Positions 1 through 8,893 of a stretch of DNA of 64,000 bases are shown piece after piece. Both the position numbers and the translations under genes were made by a program. The stretch lies in sequence record KT919973.1, one strand, 5' to 3'. Numbering within the stretch: the first letter of the stretch is position 1; every line of letters begins with the position of its first letter. Below the pieces are notes generated by a model. That model did no database searches and was not told the DNA's origin. It was given only the letters and a program-made list of their open reading frames with translations.

Positions 1-2
1 CA

Positions 3-602
3 GGTATTGTTCGCAATGAAGACGACCTTGGTTATGTCTATGGCAAAGTGTGGCGTAAACGTCTATCTGTAAATGCAGAGCGAGAAATTGTTGAGTTTGA
101 CCAGATTCATCAATTGCTGTGCGATATTGCAGCGGTTAATGAAGACCCGACGCAAAGTGCGCAACGTCGTATGCTTGTTGAAGCATGGGACCCGTACTTC
201 CATACTGAAAGTAACTCAGTTGACGTAGCTCTACCGCCATGTCATTACGGCTTTCAAGTGTTCGTGCGTAATGGTAAGATCAGCTTGAAATGGAATCAGC
301 GTTCAGTTGACACATTCTTAGGTCTACCGTTCAATATCGCATCGTATGCTTTGCTAGTGCATATACTAGCTAAATTGACTGGCTTAGGTGTCGGTGAATT
401 GATTTTCTCTGGTGGTGATGTTCACATTTATGAAGATCATCTAATACAAGTAATGAAGCAAATGAGACGTACGCCGCGTGCGCTACCTCAGATTGAACTT
501 CCTGAATTTGAAACGTTGTCACAGTTGTTAACTAAACGCGCAAGTGATTTTCGCGTATATGACTATGACCCATACCCAACCCTAAAAGGTAAAATGTCGT
601 GA
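3..602 (+). CDS. td: Thymidylate synthase, 5'-truncated by the window edge
   Basis: Frame is open from base 3 (DLGYVYGKVWR). Catalytic LPPCHYGFQ and WNQRSVDTFLGLPFNIASY motifs; the Asn in PFNI is typical of a dUMP-specific enzyme. Confidence 0.95.
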   Translation, partial: GIVRNEDDLGYVYGKVWRKRLSVNAEREIVEFDQIHQLLCDIAAVNEDPTQSAQRRMLVEAWDPYFHTESNSVDVALPPCHYGFQVFVRNGKISLKWNQRSVDTFLGLPFNIASYALLVHILAKLTGLGVGELIFSGGDVHIYEDHLIQVMKQMRRTPRALPQIELPEFETLSQLLTKRASDFRVYDYDPYPTLKGKMS

Positions 603-793
603 TTAGTAAAACAGATTATTTTGAACTGAAAACAGGTACGCCGATCATTGTAATTGAGCGAATTGACACAATCGACGGTGAGCTTATCAAACTTCCGTAC
701 AGCAAAGTTGTTGCAGCTAACGACCCGCTCATCGGCGATTCGCTAACTGACGGCAAGATTCACTATCTTTTTGACTTTGAAATTGGTGAGTAA
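599..793 (+). CDS. Hypothetical protein
   Basis: 64-aa ORF with GTGA overlap to td stop; tightly packed in the operon. Confidence 0.6.
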   Translation: MISKTDYFELKTGTPIIVIERIDTIDGELIKLPYSKVVAANDPLIGDSLTDGKIHYLFDFEIGE

Positions 794-794
794 C

Positions 795-1001
795 ATGAAC
801 TTAGGTGAGTTCGTAACGGGGTTGTTGACATTGATTGCGTTCGGTATCGTCGCAATGTTGGTTATTCTCGGATTGTCAGTTGGCGGGCTTATCTTCGGTG
901 CATGGCTCATCATTTCGGGTCATACAGTCGCTGGGTGGGTTGTATTGTTCATCTCGGCGATTGTTTTCGCTTTAATAGGCACAATAATGAGGAATTTGTA
1001 A
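795..1001 (+). CDS. Hypothetical membrane protein (two hydrophobic segments)
   Basis: ATG at 795 after GGTGAG; almost wholly hydrophobic. Confidence 0.7.
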   Translation: MNLGEFVTGLLTLIAFGIVAMLVILGLSVGGLIFGAWLIISGHTVAGWVVLFISAIVFALIGTIMRNL

Positions 1002-1291
1002 TGGCGTTACATATTTACGTAGAAGTTGACACCAATGATGGTGATTACGTTGGCGATTTGAAACCGGCATCGAGTGAAGAAGTTGAGCGATTTGAAACGC
1101 TCGTACATCTTTCTGGTGATTCTCTGGCGAGTTGGACAGAAGGCGAATGTCAAGAGCGTCCGAACTCAGAAGTATACCCTGAGTTCAGTGAAGATGATAT
1201 TCAGTTCATTTCTGAACAAATGCCTTACTGTGAATACGGATTTCACACTGTTGAAAAAATTCAAATTGTTGATGTGTTGAATACTCTATGA
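1001..1291 (+). CDS. Hypothetical acidic protein
   Basis: ATG at 1001 after GAGGA; TAATG overlap with the upstream stop. Confidence 0.7.
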   Translation: MALHIYVEVDTNDGDYVGDLKPASSEEVERFETLVHLSGDSLASWTEGECQERPNSEVYPEFSEDDIQFISEQMPYCEYGFHTVEKIQIVDVLNTL

Positions 1292-1605
1292 TCAATGAAA
1301 TTCTAGCTTCAAGTAAGCGAATCGACAACGGTCGAACAGTAAAAGACGTTCACATGAGCGTTGTTGAAGAAGTAGGCGAACTAGCAACTGAAGTTCGCGT
1401 CAAGTACGGTACGTCGTACAAAAACGCTGACGTTGACGGGATTCTAGGTGAATCGGTTGATGGTATTCTGTGTCTAATTGACCTAATTTACGTCGATAAC
1501 CCGAACATCACTGAAGCTGAAATCATGAACGTTGTTCGTAACAAGCTCGCTAAATGGGAGCGAAAGGAAAACGAACACAAAGCAAAAACTGAAAAAAAAT
1601 GGTGA
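1288..1605 (+). CDS. MazG-like NTP pyrophosphohydrolase
   Basis: EEVGEL...GESVD acidic helix motifs of the all-alpha NTP-PPase fold. Confidence 0.7.
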   Translation: MINEILASSKRIDNGRTVKDVHMSVVEEVGELATEVRVKYGTSYKNADVDGILGESVDGILCLIDLIYVDNPNITEAEIMNVVRNKLAKWERKENEHKAKTEKKW

Positions 1606-1611
1606 AAATAA

Positions 1612-1908
1612 ATGACAAATCGTTATACATTTGAAGAAATTCTTGGTGAAGACTACGACGACAAAGACTATCTTGACTTTCTACTAGATGGTTATGGTGA
1701 CTTCCCTGGTGTGAAGTTCATCGACCAAGACGGCGGTGGTGAAGGTGGTTCTGAGTACTGCTACACGATTCTTGAAAAAGACGGTCGTTACTTCAAGACT
1801 GAATACAGCTACTACAGCTACCACGGTTACGACAACTACGGGGACCACTTCGTTGAAGTTTACCCAAAGCAAGTTACAATCACCCAATACGTGAGCACTC
1901 CTCAGTAA
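1612..1908 (+). CDS. Hypothetical protein (acidic, Tyr/Gly-rich)
   Basis: 98-aa ORF, operon packing. Confidence 0.7.
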   Translation: MTNRYTFEEILGEDYDDKDYLDFLLDGYGDFPGVKFIDQDGGGEGGSEYCYTILEKDGRYFKTEYSYYSYHGYDNYGDHFVEVYPKQVTITQYVSTPQ

Positions 1909-2669
1909 TGCGTATTGTTGTCGGGTCAACTGCGTTACATCATAATGGTATTCGACTGCGTAAGACCATTAAAGATCTAGATGTATTCGTAGACTCGCCC
2001 GACTCGGCTAACGACGGGGATGATTTTATTGTCATGCCCGTCGATATATTGCAGATGTTCGACGGTGATATAGCAACTGCTGACGAAATCTACACGATAA
2101 AATGCAGTCATCTTGGTTGGGATGAGCATAAAGTCGGGTACAGTCAGTTTGGTGGTTCGACATTGTGGGACAAGCACAAGCGTGATGTTATGGCGCTATC
2201 GCGATTCTGCAAAATCAAGCCTGAGCTATACGCAGCGTTGACAAATCATTGGCGAAAAGAGCTTGGCAATAAAGATTATCTGTGTTTGAACAAAGACGCA
2301 GACGACTTCTTTAATGACAAAGTTCGATACGTGTATGAACATGATGAGCTTCATCGAATGGTCGCAGCACCTAACCGCCCGTTGTATGAGAAAATTCTCA
2401 AAGACGGCTGTGATGTTTTAGTCAGTAAAGAGAAGTTCGAACAATTGTCGTTCGAAGACAAGATCAATTTATTCCACGAAGAAATTTCGGTAATCGCAAT
2501 TGAACGATACATTGTTCACGGAATGATGCCGTTGAATGCGTGGAATCATGCGTTGAAGAAGACAATTACACGGCTTACTAAGAATTGGGCATGTGATTTC
2601 ATTTGTGCAAACATGAGTCATTACATGAAGCCGAAATATAATTTGAATATTCTTGAAGAAAAGGGTTGA
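1908..2669 (+). CDS. Conserved phage protein with an N-terminal nucleotidyltransferase-like motif
   Basis: N-terminal VVGS...KDLDVF resembles the Pol-beta hG[GS]x(9-13)DhD signature; function not established. Confidence 0.45.
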   Translation: MRIVVGSTALHHNGIRLRKTIKDLDVFVDSPDSANDGDDFIVMPVDILQMFDGDIATADEIYTIKCSHLGWDEHKVGYSQFGGSTLWDKHKRDVMALSRFCKIKPELYAALTNHWRKELGNKDYLCLNKDADDFFNDKVRYVYEHDELHRMVAAPNRPLYEKILKDGCDVLVSKEKFEQLSFEDKINLFHEEISVIAIERYIVHGMMPLNAWNHALKKTITRLTKNWACDFICANMSHYMKPKYNLNILEEKG

Positions 2670-2739
2670 CTGCGGTCAGCCCTTTTGTGTATTATAGCTA
2701 CATCAACACGATGTTGACCTAAAACAAAGAGAGAACATT
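2659..2739 (+). promoter_or_regulatory. Terminator-like hairpin fused to a sigma70-type early promoter and conserved leader
   Basis: AAAAGGGTTGAC-TGCG-GTCAGCCCTTTT hairpin containing -35 TTGACT (2666); -10 TATTAT (2690); AAAGAGAGAACATTATG leader/RBS. Confidence 0.8.
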
Positions 2740-3069
2740 ATGACTGACCAAACTAAATTCGACATCAAATTTGCTGAAATCAAAGTCGTTTATTCTATGC
2801 GTGCAGAACACCAAAAAGTAGCAATGCGCCTTGAAGATGGTACAATCATGCTGCATGAAGTGCTTTTCATGGATTCGAAAGGTTCATATTGTGAAAGTCG
2901 CAAACTGTGGAGCACTACAGTTGAAAAGAAATGTGCATGGCCAGGTTATGAGTCAGCACAGCTTATTGACAAAATCAAAGCAGCGGGTAAAGTTTCACTT
3001 AAACATTGGCGTGCTGCTTCAGAAGCAGACTACGAAAACTTTCGTCTTATCGAATCATTTGAGGGTTAA
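2740..3069 (+). CDS. Hypothetical early protein
   Basis: 109-aa ORF directly after the early promoter. Confidence 0.75.
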   Translation: MTDQTKFDIKFAEIKVVYSMRAEHQKVAMRLEDGTIMLHEVLFMDSKGSYCESRKLWSTTVEKKCAWPGYESAQLIDKIKAAGKVSLKHWRAASEADYENFRLIESFEG

Positions 3070-3071
3070 TC

Positions 3072-3473
3072 ATGTCAGAATTTTATCAAATGTGGGAAAA
3101 GAAAATCGGGCGTCTTGAAGAGATGCACAAGAAAATCTACGACATGGGTCAACTTGCTGCTGGTGATGAAGGCAAGTATATTTTCAAAACTGAAATGAAG
3201 CGTGAGCATCTATCACGCGAGATTTCACATGAAATTGACCATAAAGGTCTAGATCTACATCATCTTATGTACAAAGGTTTGCATGAGACAGCACGTGAAT
3301 ATCAAGGTGCAATCATGATATTCTGCAAAGAAATGCCACTCGAACAGCGTCGAGAACTTTTTGACAAGATTCGCGCAGTGTTCAATATTGATGCTTACAC
3401 AGACGAAGCATGGGAAGGCGTTCTTAAACGTTTCAAAGGTTCACTAGTAAGCCAAGGTATGATTGAGGAATAA
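3072..3473 (+). CDS. Hypothetical protein
   Basis: 133-aa ORF, GAGGG RBS. Confidence 0.75.
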   Translation: MSEFYQMWEKKIGRLEEMHKKIYDMGQLAAGDEGKYIFKTEMKREHLSREISHEIDHKGLDLHHLMYKGLHETAREYQGAIMIFCKEMPLEQRRELFDKIRAVFNIDAYTDEAWEGVLKRFKGSLVSQGMIEE

Positions 3474-3476
3474 ATT

Positions 3477-4184
3477 ATGAGCAGCTACAACACAAAGAAA
3501 GCAGAGTGTGAAAAACGCGGTATTGCATTCAACTTCACTGAAGAACAATGGAAAACATTACAAAGCATGAAGAACGGTGGTCGTTGTGCATACACAAACC
3601 ACCCGTTTAATCAAAGCAGCAAGAAAATGCGTGCGACTGTTGAGCGTATTGACGAGTCTATGCCGTATGAACCAAAGAACTGTGTTCTTGTGACTCAGCT
3701 TGCAAACAACGTAAAGTGTAACTACATCGAGCAGAATCAGCCCGTGAGTAAAGCAAATGCTGAAGAAGCTCATACACTGAAGCAGATTCAACGTCTTCTT
3801 GCAGATGAGACGAAAGTCAAAAGCATTATTCAGTCATATCTTGATCGCTACAAAGGTGAAGTTATTGAAACACCGATGACTGATCTTGAGATCACTAAGC
3901 TATACGTGAAGTACGCGACTGAAGCACAGCGCCAAGGTAAACACTTTGAAATCACGATAGGCGACTTCAAACGTACTGTATCGCGTAAACGCTGTCAGGT
4001 TAGTAAAGTACTACTGCCGAACATGAAACAGCGCGTAGTGCGCGTTATAGACGATTCTAAGCCTATTACGTGTGACAACATTCAAGTAACTTCGCGTCAA
4101 ATCGACGAAATCATGACTTCTATTGAAGAAATGGACATGACACTCGCGCAAAAACGCGCAATGATGAAATCAATTGGAGCATAA
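3477..4184 (+). CDS. Srd-like protein (T4 anti-sigma family), two-domain internal repeat
   Basis: KRGIAFNFT...CAYTNHPF...TVERID...Y...NCVLV resembles the T4 Srd N-terminal motif as I recall it; a second degenerate copy starts at RQGKHFEIT...CQVS. Confidence 0.55.
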   Translation: MSSYNTKKAECEKRGIAFNFTEEQWKTLQSMKNGGRCAYTNHPFNQSSKKMRATVERIDESMPYEPKNCVLVTQLANNVKCNYIEQNQPVSKANAEEAHTLKQIQRLLADETKVKSIIQSYLDRYKGEVIETPMTDLEITKLYVKYATEAQRQGKHFEITIGDFKRTVSRKRCQVSKVLLPNMKQRVVRVIDDSKPITCDNIQVTSRQIDEIMTSIEEMDMTLAQKRAMMKSIGA

Positions 4185-4185
4185 A

Positions 4186-4446
4186 ATGAGCTATTTACTA
4201 TCAATGCAAAAAGGTTGTTCAACTGTCGTAACCGTGAGTGGTGTACCGTTAGTTGTAGATCACGAAACTGAGTATGTGACTGTTGATGGAAACGGTTACG
4301 TAACGGGTTGGACTGACCGCCCGTACTTCGACGAAGAAGATCAGACATGGTCGTGTTATGAGCTTTACGGTGAAGAGTGGCATTTGGCAACTATTGCAAA
4401 CCCAACGAAAGAAGCAGTCGAAACGTTGATCGAGGTATACCCATGA
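4186..4446 (+). CDS. Hypothetical protein
   Basis: ATG at 4186 after GGAG. Confidence 0.7.
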   Translation: MSYLLSMQKGCSTVVTVSGVPLVVDHETEYVTVDGNGYVTGWTDRPYFDEEDQTWSCYELYGEEWHLATIANPTKEAVETLIEVYP

Positions 4447-4811
4447 GTTGTAATTTAATGGAACGCCTCGCTGATGAATATCGAAAATCAGACGTGTATG
4501 ACCCTGATTTGCACTGTGATATTTTTGCTATCCCTGTTCAAGAAGACGGCGAAATGGATTCGATATACATCAAAGAAGCATTGTATGGTGTATATAATGA
4601 GATTCGGCGCTATACTGGCATGTCGCTAGACGAAGCCAAGGAATGGTTTAAAGTTCAAGAAGTTGAAACGTGGTTTGGTGAATCAAACACTGTAAACGAA
4701 AAAGTTTATAACACGTTTTTCGTGCGTTATGATATTCCTGACGAGTTAGTTAAGCAACAATACTCTGAGTGGAAACAAGGTCCCTCGGCAACAATTAAGG
4801 AATCATTTTGA
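4443..4811 (+). CDS. Hypothetical acidic protein
   Basis: ATG at 4443 after GAGG; ATGA overlap. Confidence 0.7.
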   Translation: MSCNLMERLADEYRKSDVYDPDLHCDIFAIPVQEDGEMDSIYIKEALYGVYNEIRRYTGMSLDEAKEWFKVQEVETWFGESNTVNEKVYNTFFVRYDIPDELVKQQYSEWKQGPSATIKESF

Positions 4812-5569
4812 GAATTTTCATTTTTAGCGGTGCTGGTCTTGATGCAGAATCAGGTATCAGTACGTTTCGAGACGCAAATGGTCTGTGGGAAAATCATGAC
4901 ATCATGGAAGTGTGTAACATCAACACATTTGCAAACAATTATGAAGTGACACATCGTTTCTACAATGAGCGTCGTAAACAATTAGCTGAAGTTCACCCGA
5001 ATTCAGCACACTACAAAATTGCTGAACTGTGTGAAAAATACGACGTTGACAACTACACTGCGAACGTATCAGATTTACTTGAGCGTGCAGGTTGTAAAGA
5101 CGTTAAGCATATTCACGGTGAGTTGACAAAGATCGTGCAAGATTACACGTCAAAAGACAGTACAGTTATTGACATCGGGTACAATGAATACGAGTTGCGT
5201 ACAGGTCGTCGTGATAAACCGGGTGTTGTGTTCTTCAATGAAGGCGCACCATTATACACTCACTTCTGGGGTGATATTGACACTCTATTGCCGACTGACA
5301 TTGCAATTGTTGTTGGTTCGACGCTTGAGATTAACCCGATTCATTGGGATTTGTCTGCGACGGGCTGTAAATTCATTCTTATTAACCCGACTGGCATTGA
5401 CACTGAAAAGCATTCTGCACTAAACGAAGCGATTCGTATGTGTGACGTATTCATCAATAAGCCAGCCACTGAGGCATTCGATGAAATTGATACGCACATT
5501 GAAGAACATATTTCACGCAATTTTCCTAATGGTCTACTTGACTATCGAGGGAATAGCGTTAATCATTAG
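4808..5569 (+). CDS. sir2: Sir2/CobB-family NAD-dependent deacylase (sirtuin)
   Basis: FSGAGLDAESGISTFRD, HPNSAH, TANVSDLLERAG, HIHG, KPGVVFFNE, VGSTL and INP sirtuin motifs. Confidence 0.93.
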   Translation: MRIFIFSGAGLDAESGISTFRDANGLWENHDIMEVCNINTFANNYEVTHRFYNERRKQLAEVHPNSAHYKIAELCEKYDVDNYTANVSDLLERAGCKDVKHIHGELTKIVQDYTSKDSTVIDIGYNEYELRTGRRDKPGVVFFNEGAPLYTHFWGDIDTLLPTDIAIVVGSTLEINPIHWDLSATGCKFILINPTGIDTEKHSALNEAIRMCDVFINKPATEAFDEIDTHIEEHISRNFPNGLLDYRGNSVNH

Positions 5570-5585
5570 TGGAAGTGGGGCTGTT

Positions 5586-5711
5586 ATGTCATTCATAGCA
5601 GCTTTTTTACTCATTCTAGATAAGTTGTATATTTTAGCAGGTTGTGCGTCTATACTAGGTGCATTGTTAACGTACTGCTATGTGAAATTGAGTGAGGAAC
5701 ATGATGTCTAA
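5586..5711 (+). CDS. Small hypothetical membrane protein
   Basis: Hydrophobic 41-aa tail of the tracked ORF; start uncertain. Confidence 0.35.
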   Translation: MSFIAAFLLILDKLYILAGCASILGALLTYCYVKLSEEHDV

Positions 5712-7497
5712 AAAAGACAACTTTCAAATTTTATCAGACAAACAACACGTTCTTAAACGACCGGGTATGTACATCGGGTCAGTTGATCGAGAAGAACATG
5801 AGCGTTTTGTCTTAGGTGATTTCAAGAAAATCGAGTACGTACCGGGTCTTGTGAAGATTATCAACGAAGTTATTGATAACTCTCTTGATGAAGCGATTCG
5901 AACTAAGTTCAAATTTGCCAATGTTATTGAAGTGAAAATCGAAGGTAATCGAATCACTATCTCAGATAACGGTCGCGGTATTCCGCAAGACAAAGTTCTA
6001 GACCCAGATGGTAAAGAGCTTCTTCGACCTGAAGCTGCATGGACACGTACTAAAGCAGGTAGTAACTTCGAAGATGACCGAACAACTGTTGGTATGAACG
6101 GTGTTGGCGCTGCACTGACCAACTACTTCAGTCATCAATTCATTGGTAAGACGTGTGACGGTAAAAACACAGTAACAGTAAGCTGTTCTAACAATGCAGA
6201 TCGTATTTTCGTTAGAACTTCGAAAGGTGGTACGAAAGGGACTTCAGTTGAATTCATCCCTGATTTTAACCGCTTTGGTGTATTTGGTATCTCCCCTCAA
6301 GACGAAGAGATCATCAAAGACCGTCTCGCGTCGTTGTCAGTCGCATTCCCTGAGATTACGTTCAAGTACAACGGGAAGAAACACGCCCCTACGCTGAAGC
6401 AATACGCAAAGATGTTTAACACAGAAGTTGCGTTTGAATTTGACAACGTTGCGCTGTTTGTCGCGCCGTCTGATGAATTCAGACATAACAGCTTCATCAA
6501 TGGTGTAAATACATCTAATGGTGGTACCCACGTAGATTACTTCATCAATAAACTTTCAGATGAATTAATCCCGATGATTAAGCGTAAGCATAAAATCAAT
6601 GTACCAAAACCACAATTAAAGAATGGTTTGACACTCGGGTTGTTCATTCGTAACTTCACAGACCCTAAGTTTGACAGTCAGACAAAAGAACGTCTAACTA
6701 GTTCTCAAGGTGAAGTGTCACCATACTTGAAAGACTTAGCATATGACAAAATCGCTAAGAAGATTCTGGCAGAAGATGATATCATCATGCCGATTATTGA
6801 AGCGTTACTTGCTAAACAACAAGCAGCCGAAGCGCGAGAACTAGCACGCAAGCAGAAGAAAGCTCAACAAGCGAAAGTTGCAGAGCATATCAAGGCTTCG
6901 CAGCCAGGTGGTACGCTGTTCTTGACTGAGGGTAAGTCAGCGATTGGTTACTTGATTAAAGTTCGTGACAGTAAAAAGCATGGTGGTATTCCGTTGCGCG
7001 GTAAAGTACTGAGCACATGGGGTAAACGCCCTGCCGAGATCATGAAAAACAAAGAGCTATGCGATATCATGTCAGTGCTGAACATTCAGCTCGGTAATGA
7101 CGACATTCGAGACATGTACTATAAAGACATTGGTATCTTAGTTGATGCGGACGTTGATGGTAAAGGTTCGATTTTCCCGTTGTTGCTTGCGTTTTTCTAC
7201 AACTGGCCAGAGCTTTACAAGCAGAAGCGAATCAAGTTCGTTCGTACACCAGTAGTCATTGCATCGAAGAATAAAGAAACGAAATGGTTTTATTCTATTG
7301 AAGAGTATCGCAAGGCGAAACTGAGTAAAACGTGGAAGATTCGTTACATTAAGGGTTTGGGTTCACTGACTGAAAAAGAATACAAAAAAGTTATTAACGA
7401 GCCAGTTTTTGATGATATTGTAATCGATGACCCAAATTGTTTTGAACTATTGTTCGGTAATGACACTGATAAACGTAAGGATTGGATGACCCAATGA
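5701..7497 (+). CDS. 39: DNA topoisomerase II large subunit (gp39 ATPase fused to gp60 TOPRIM)
   Basis: HVLKRPGMYIGS, EVIDNSLDE, DNGRGIP and GMNGVG GHKL motifs; LTEGKSA, PLRGK, DADVDG and YIKGLG TOPRIM motifs. Confidence 0.95.
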   Translation: MMSKKDNFQILSDKQHVLKRPGMYIGSVDREEHERFVLGDFKKIEYVPGLVKIINEVIDNSLDEAIRTKFKFANVIEVKIEGNRITISDNGRGIPQDKVLDPDGKELLRPEAAWTRTKAGSNFEDDRTTVGMNGVGAALTNYFSHQFIGKTCDGKNTVTVSCSNNADRIFVRTSKGGTKGTSVEFIPDFNRFGVFGISPQDEEIIKDRLASLSVAFPEITFKYNGKKHAPTLKQYAKMFNTEVAFEFDNVALFVAPSDEFRHNSFINGVNTSNGGTHVDYFINKLSDELIPMIKRKHKINVPKPQLKNGLTLGLFIRNFTDPKFDSQTKERLTSSQGEVSPYLKDLAYDKIAKKILAEDDIIMPIIEALLAKQQAAEARELARKQKKAQQAKVAEHIKASQPGGTLFLTEGKSAIGYLIKVRDSKKHGGIPLRGKVLSTWGKRPAEIMKNKELCDIMSVLNIQLGNDDIRDMYYKDIGILVDADVDGKGSIFPLLLAFFYNWPELYKQKRIKFVRTPVVIASKNKETKWFYSIEEYRKAKLSKTWKIRYIKGLGSLTEKEYKKVINEPVFDDIVIDDPNCFELLFGNDTDKRKDWMTQ

Positions 7498-7724
7498 TTA
7501 CAGCAAAAGAGGCAAGAGCAAAGCGGAAGAAACTTTCGCCTGCTGTTGAGAAGTCACTTGAAGAGCTAGATTTTGCAATTCAAGTCGCTTCTCCCACGAA
7601 GTCGCGAGTTGACTTCAAAACAGAAAAATTGACTGAAAGTGAGCGCGATACTATTCGTAGTATTTTGATTAGTCTCGGCTATGATGCGTTCATTACAGGT
7701 GAGAAACTTGAGGTGATGTGGTAA
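7494..7724 (+). CDS. Hypothetical protein, paralog of 8235 and 8624
   Basis: MITAKEAR...LGYDAF...LEVMW pattern shared with 8624..8893. Confidence 0.7.
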   Translation: MITAKEARAKRKKLSPAVEKSLEELDFAIQVASPTKSRVDFKTEKLTESERDTIRSILISLGYDAFITGEKLEVMW

Positions 7725-7939
7725 TGAGCAATTTCATTCGAATTCTAGAAGATATGTGTCGCGAGTTTCGCGGCGAACTGAACGAAGCAGCGACAGCCGA
7801 GGTAGATTATTACCTCGTGCAGCTTTACGTCGCTATGCTATCACTAGGTTTCGGCGTACAGATTGCGATTTACATTTTGTTTTATGTCATTTTTTATCTA
7901 CCAATGACCGTAATTGGTAAGCTACTAGGGATTAAATAA
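7724..7939 (+). CDS. Hypothetical membrane protein
   Basis: TAATG overlap; C-terminal hydrophobic segment. Confidence 0.65.
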   Translation: MSNFIRILEDMCREFRGELNEAATAEVDYYLVQLYVAMLSLGFGVQIAIYILFYVIFYLPMTVIGKLLGIK

Positions 7940-7956
7940 GAGACGGAGGTGGCATT

Positions 7957-8223
7957 ATGCTAAAGTCTTTTATTGAAATATCCCTAAACGAAATGACATA
8001 CCAAGAGTTGCGTGATCTCACGATAAATGAGATTCACGCGCTCGTTAAGAAGCTGAAGAGACAGCTTCCACAAGAGTACAAGGACATTATCGACGAACTT
8101 GAACCAGACATGTACGAAGATCTGATTGCAGAAATCGCATATGATGGTGGTTTGAAAGGTAAGAGATTTGTAAACTTAAAAATCCCGAAGCGAATCTTAG
8201 ATAGGTACGCTGACTACTTCTGA
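7957..8223 (+). CDS. Hypothetical protein with a capsid-targeting-like N-terminus
   Basis: MLKSFIEISLNE leader; ATTAAATA at 7931; GGAGGT RBS. Confidence 0.6.
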   Translation: MLKSFIEISLNEMTYQELRDLTINEIHALVKKLKRQLPQEYKDIIDELEPDMYEDLIAEIAYDGGLKGKRFVNLKIPKRILDRYADYF

Positions 8224-8234
8224 GAGAAAATATT

Positions 8235-8627
8235 ATGTTTGATGCTGCTAGTATGCGGTCACGCTATAAGCCGAAGCAACCGTCCGACCGTCAGTTAAAG
8301 AAAATCGAAGAATTTCAAGATTTTCTGTATAACACTTTGAAATCAATTGATAAAATAGCTGATACAGAGCTTGAGATAAAAGTCGGTATAAAAGCTGAAT
8401 TTTATGAATCAGCGGTTGCAGAGTTCGAGAAATTAGGTTATAATATCAGAGCAGTGAAGAATACATTCGATATTAAAAATCGAATCAACCCTTACGAGCC
8501 GTCCGAAATTGGCTACTTGCAATACGAGACTCACAGTTTAGCACTTGCTTATGTGAATCGTATGTTGATGGAACACGGTTCTGAACGCATGATATTGACT
8601 ATAATTGATTGGAGACGAAAGTCATGA
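8235..8627 (+). CDS. Hypothetical protein, likely distant paralog of 7494/8624
   Basis: 130-aa ORF; MFDAASMR...KLGYNI...IIDW. Confidence 0.7.
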   Translation: MFDAASMRSRYKPKQPSDRQLKKIEEFQDFLYNTLKSIDKIADTELEIKVGIKAEFYESAVAEFEKLGYNIRAVKNTFDIKNRINPYEPSEIGYLQYETHSLALAYVNRMLMEHGSERMILTIIDWRRKS

Positions 8628-8893
8628 GCATGATTATGAAAGCAGAAGAAGCACGAGCACGCAGCATCAAAGTAATGGAAGAGAAGTTTCCCGTTGATGA
8701 TCTAGAACATCTAGATGAGCGCATTGCGCAAGCAACTGATGAAATGCGCTTTGGTATTAATATCAGAATGCAAGACGAATTGCCAGGTATTGAAAGTCAT
8801 AGTATGAAACGCCTATTGATTGAATATCTGCGTTTACACAACTACAACGCATTTTATGTCGATAATATTTTGGAGATTCGATGGCAAATTTAA
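8624..8893 (+). CDS. Hypothetical protein, paralog of 7494
   Basis: ATG at 8624; KAEEARAR...LEHLDERIAQA...NYNAF...LEIRW. Confidence 0.7.
   Translation: MSMIMKAEEARARSIKVMEEKFPVDDLEHLDERIAQATDEMRFGINIRMQDELPGIESHSMKRLLIEYLRLHNYNAFYVDNILEIRWQI

Noticed and set aside
290-360. Group I intron in td, as in T4
   Set aside because: The region around RSVDTFLGLPFNIASY, where I recall the T4 intron inserting, is contiguous and in frame. The missing 5' part of the gene cannot be judged.
5701-7497. gp39-gp60 fusion as a novelty
   Set aside because: The fused form is the common state in T4-like phages; T4 itself is the split exception.
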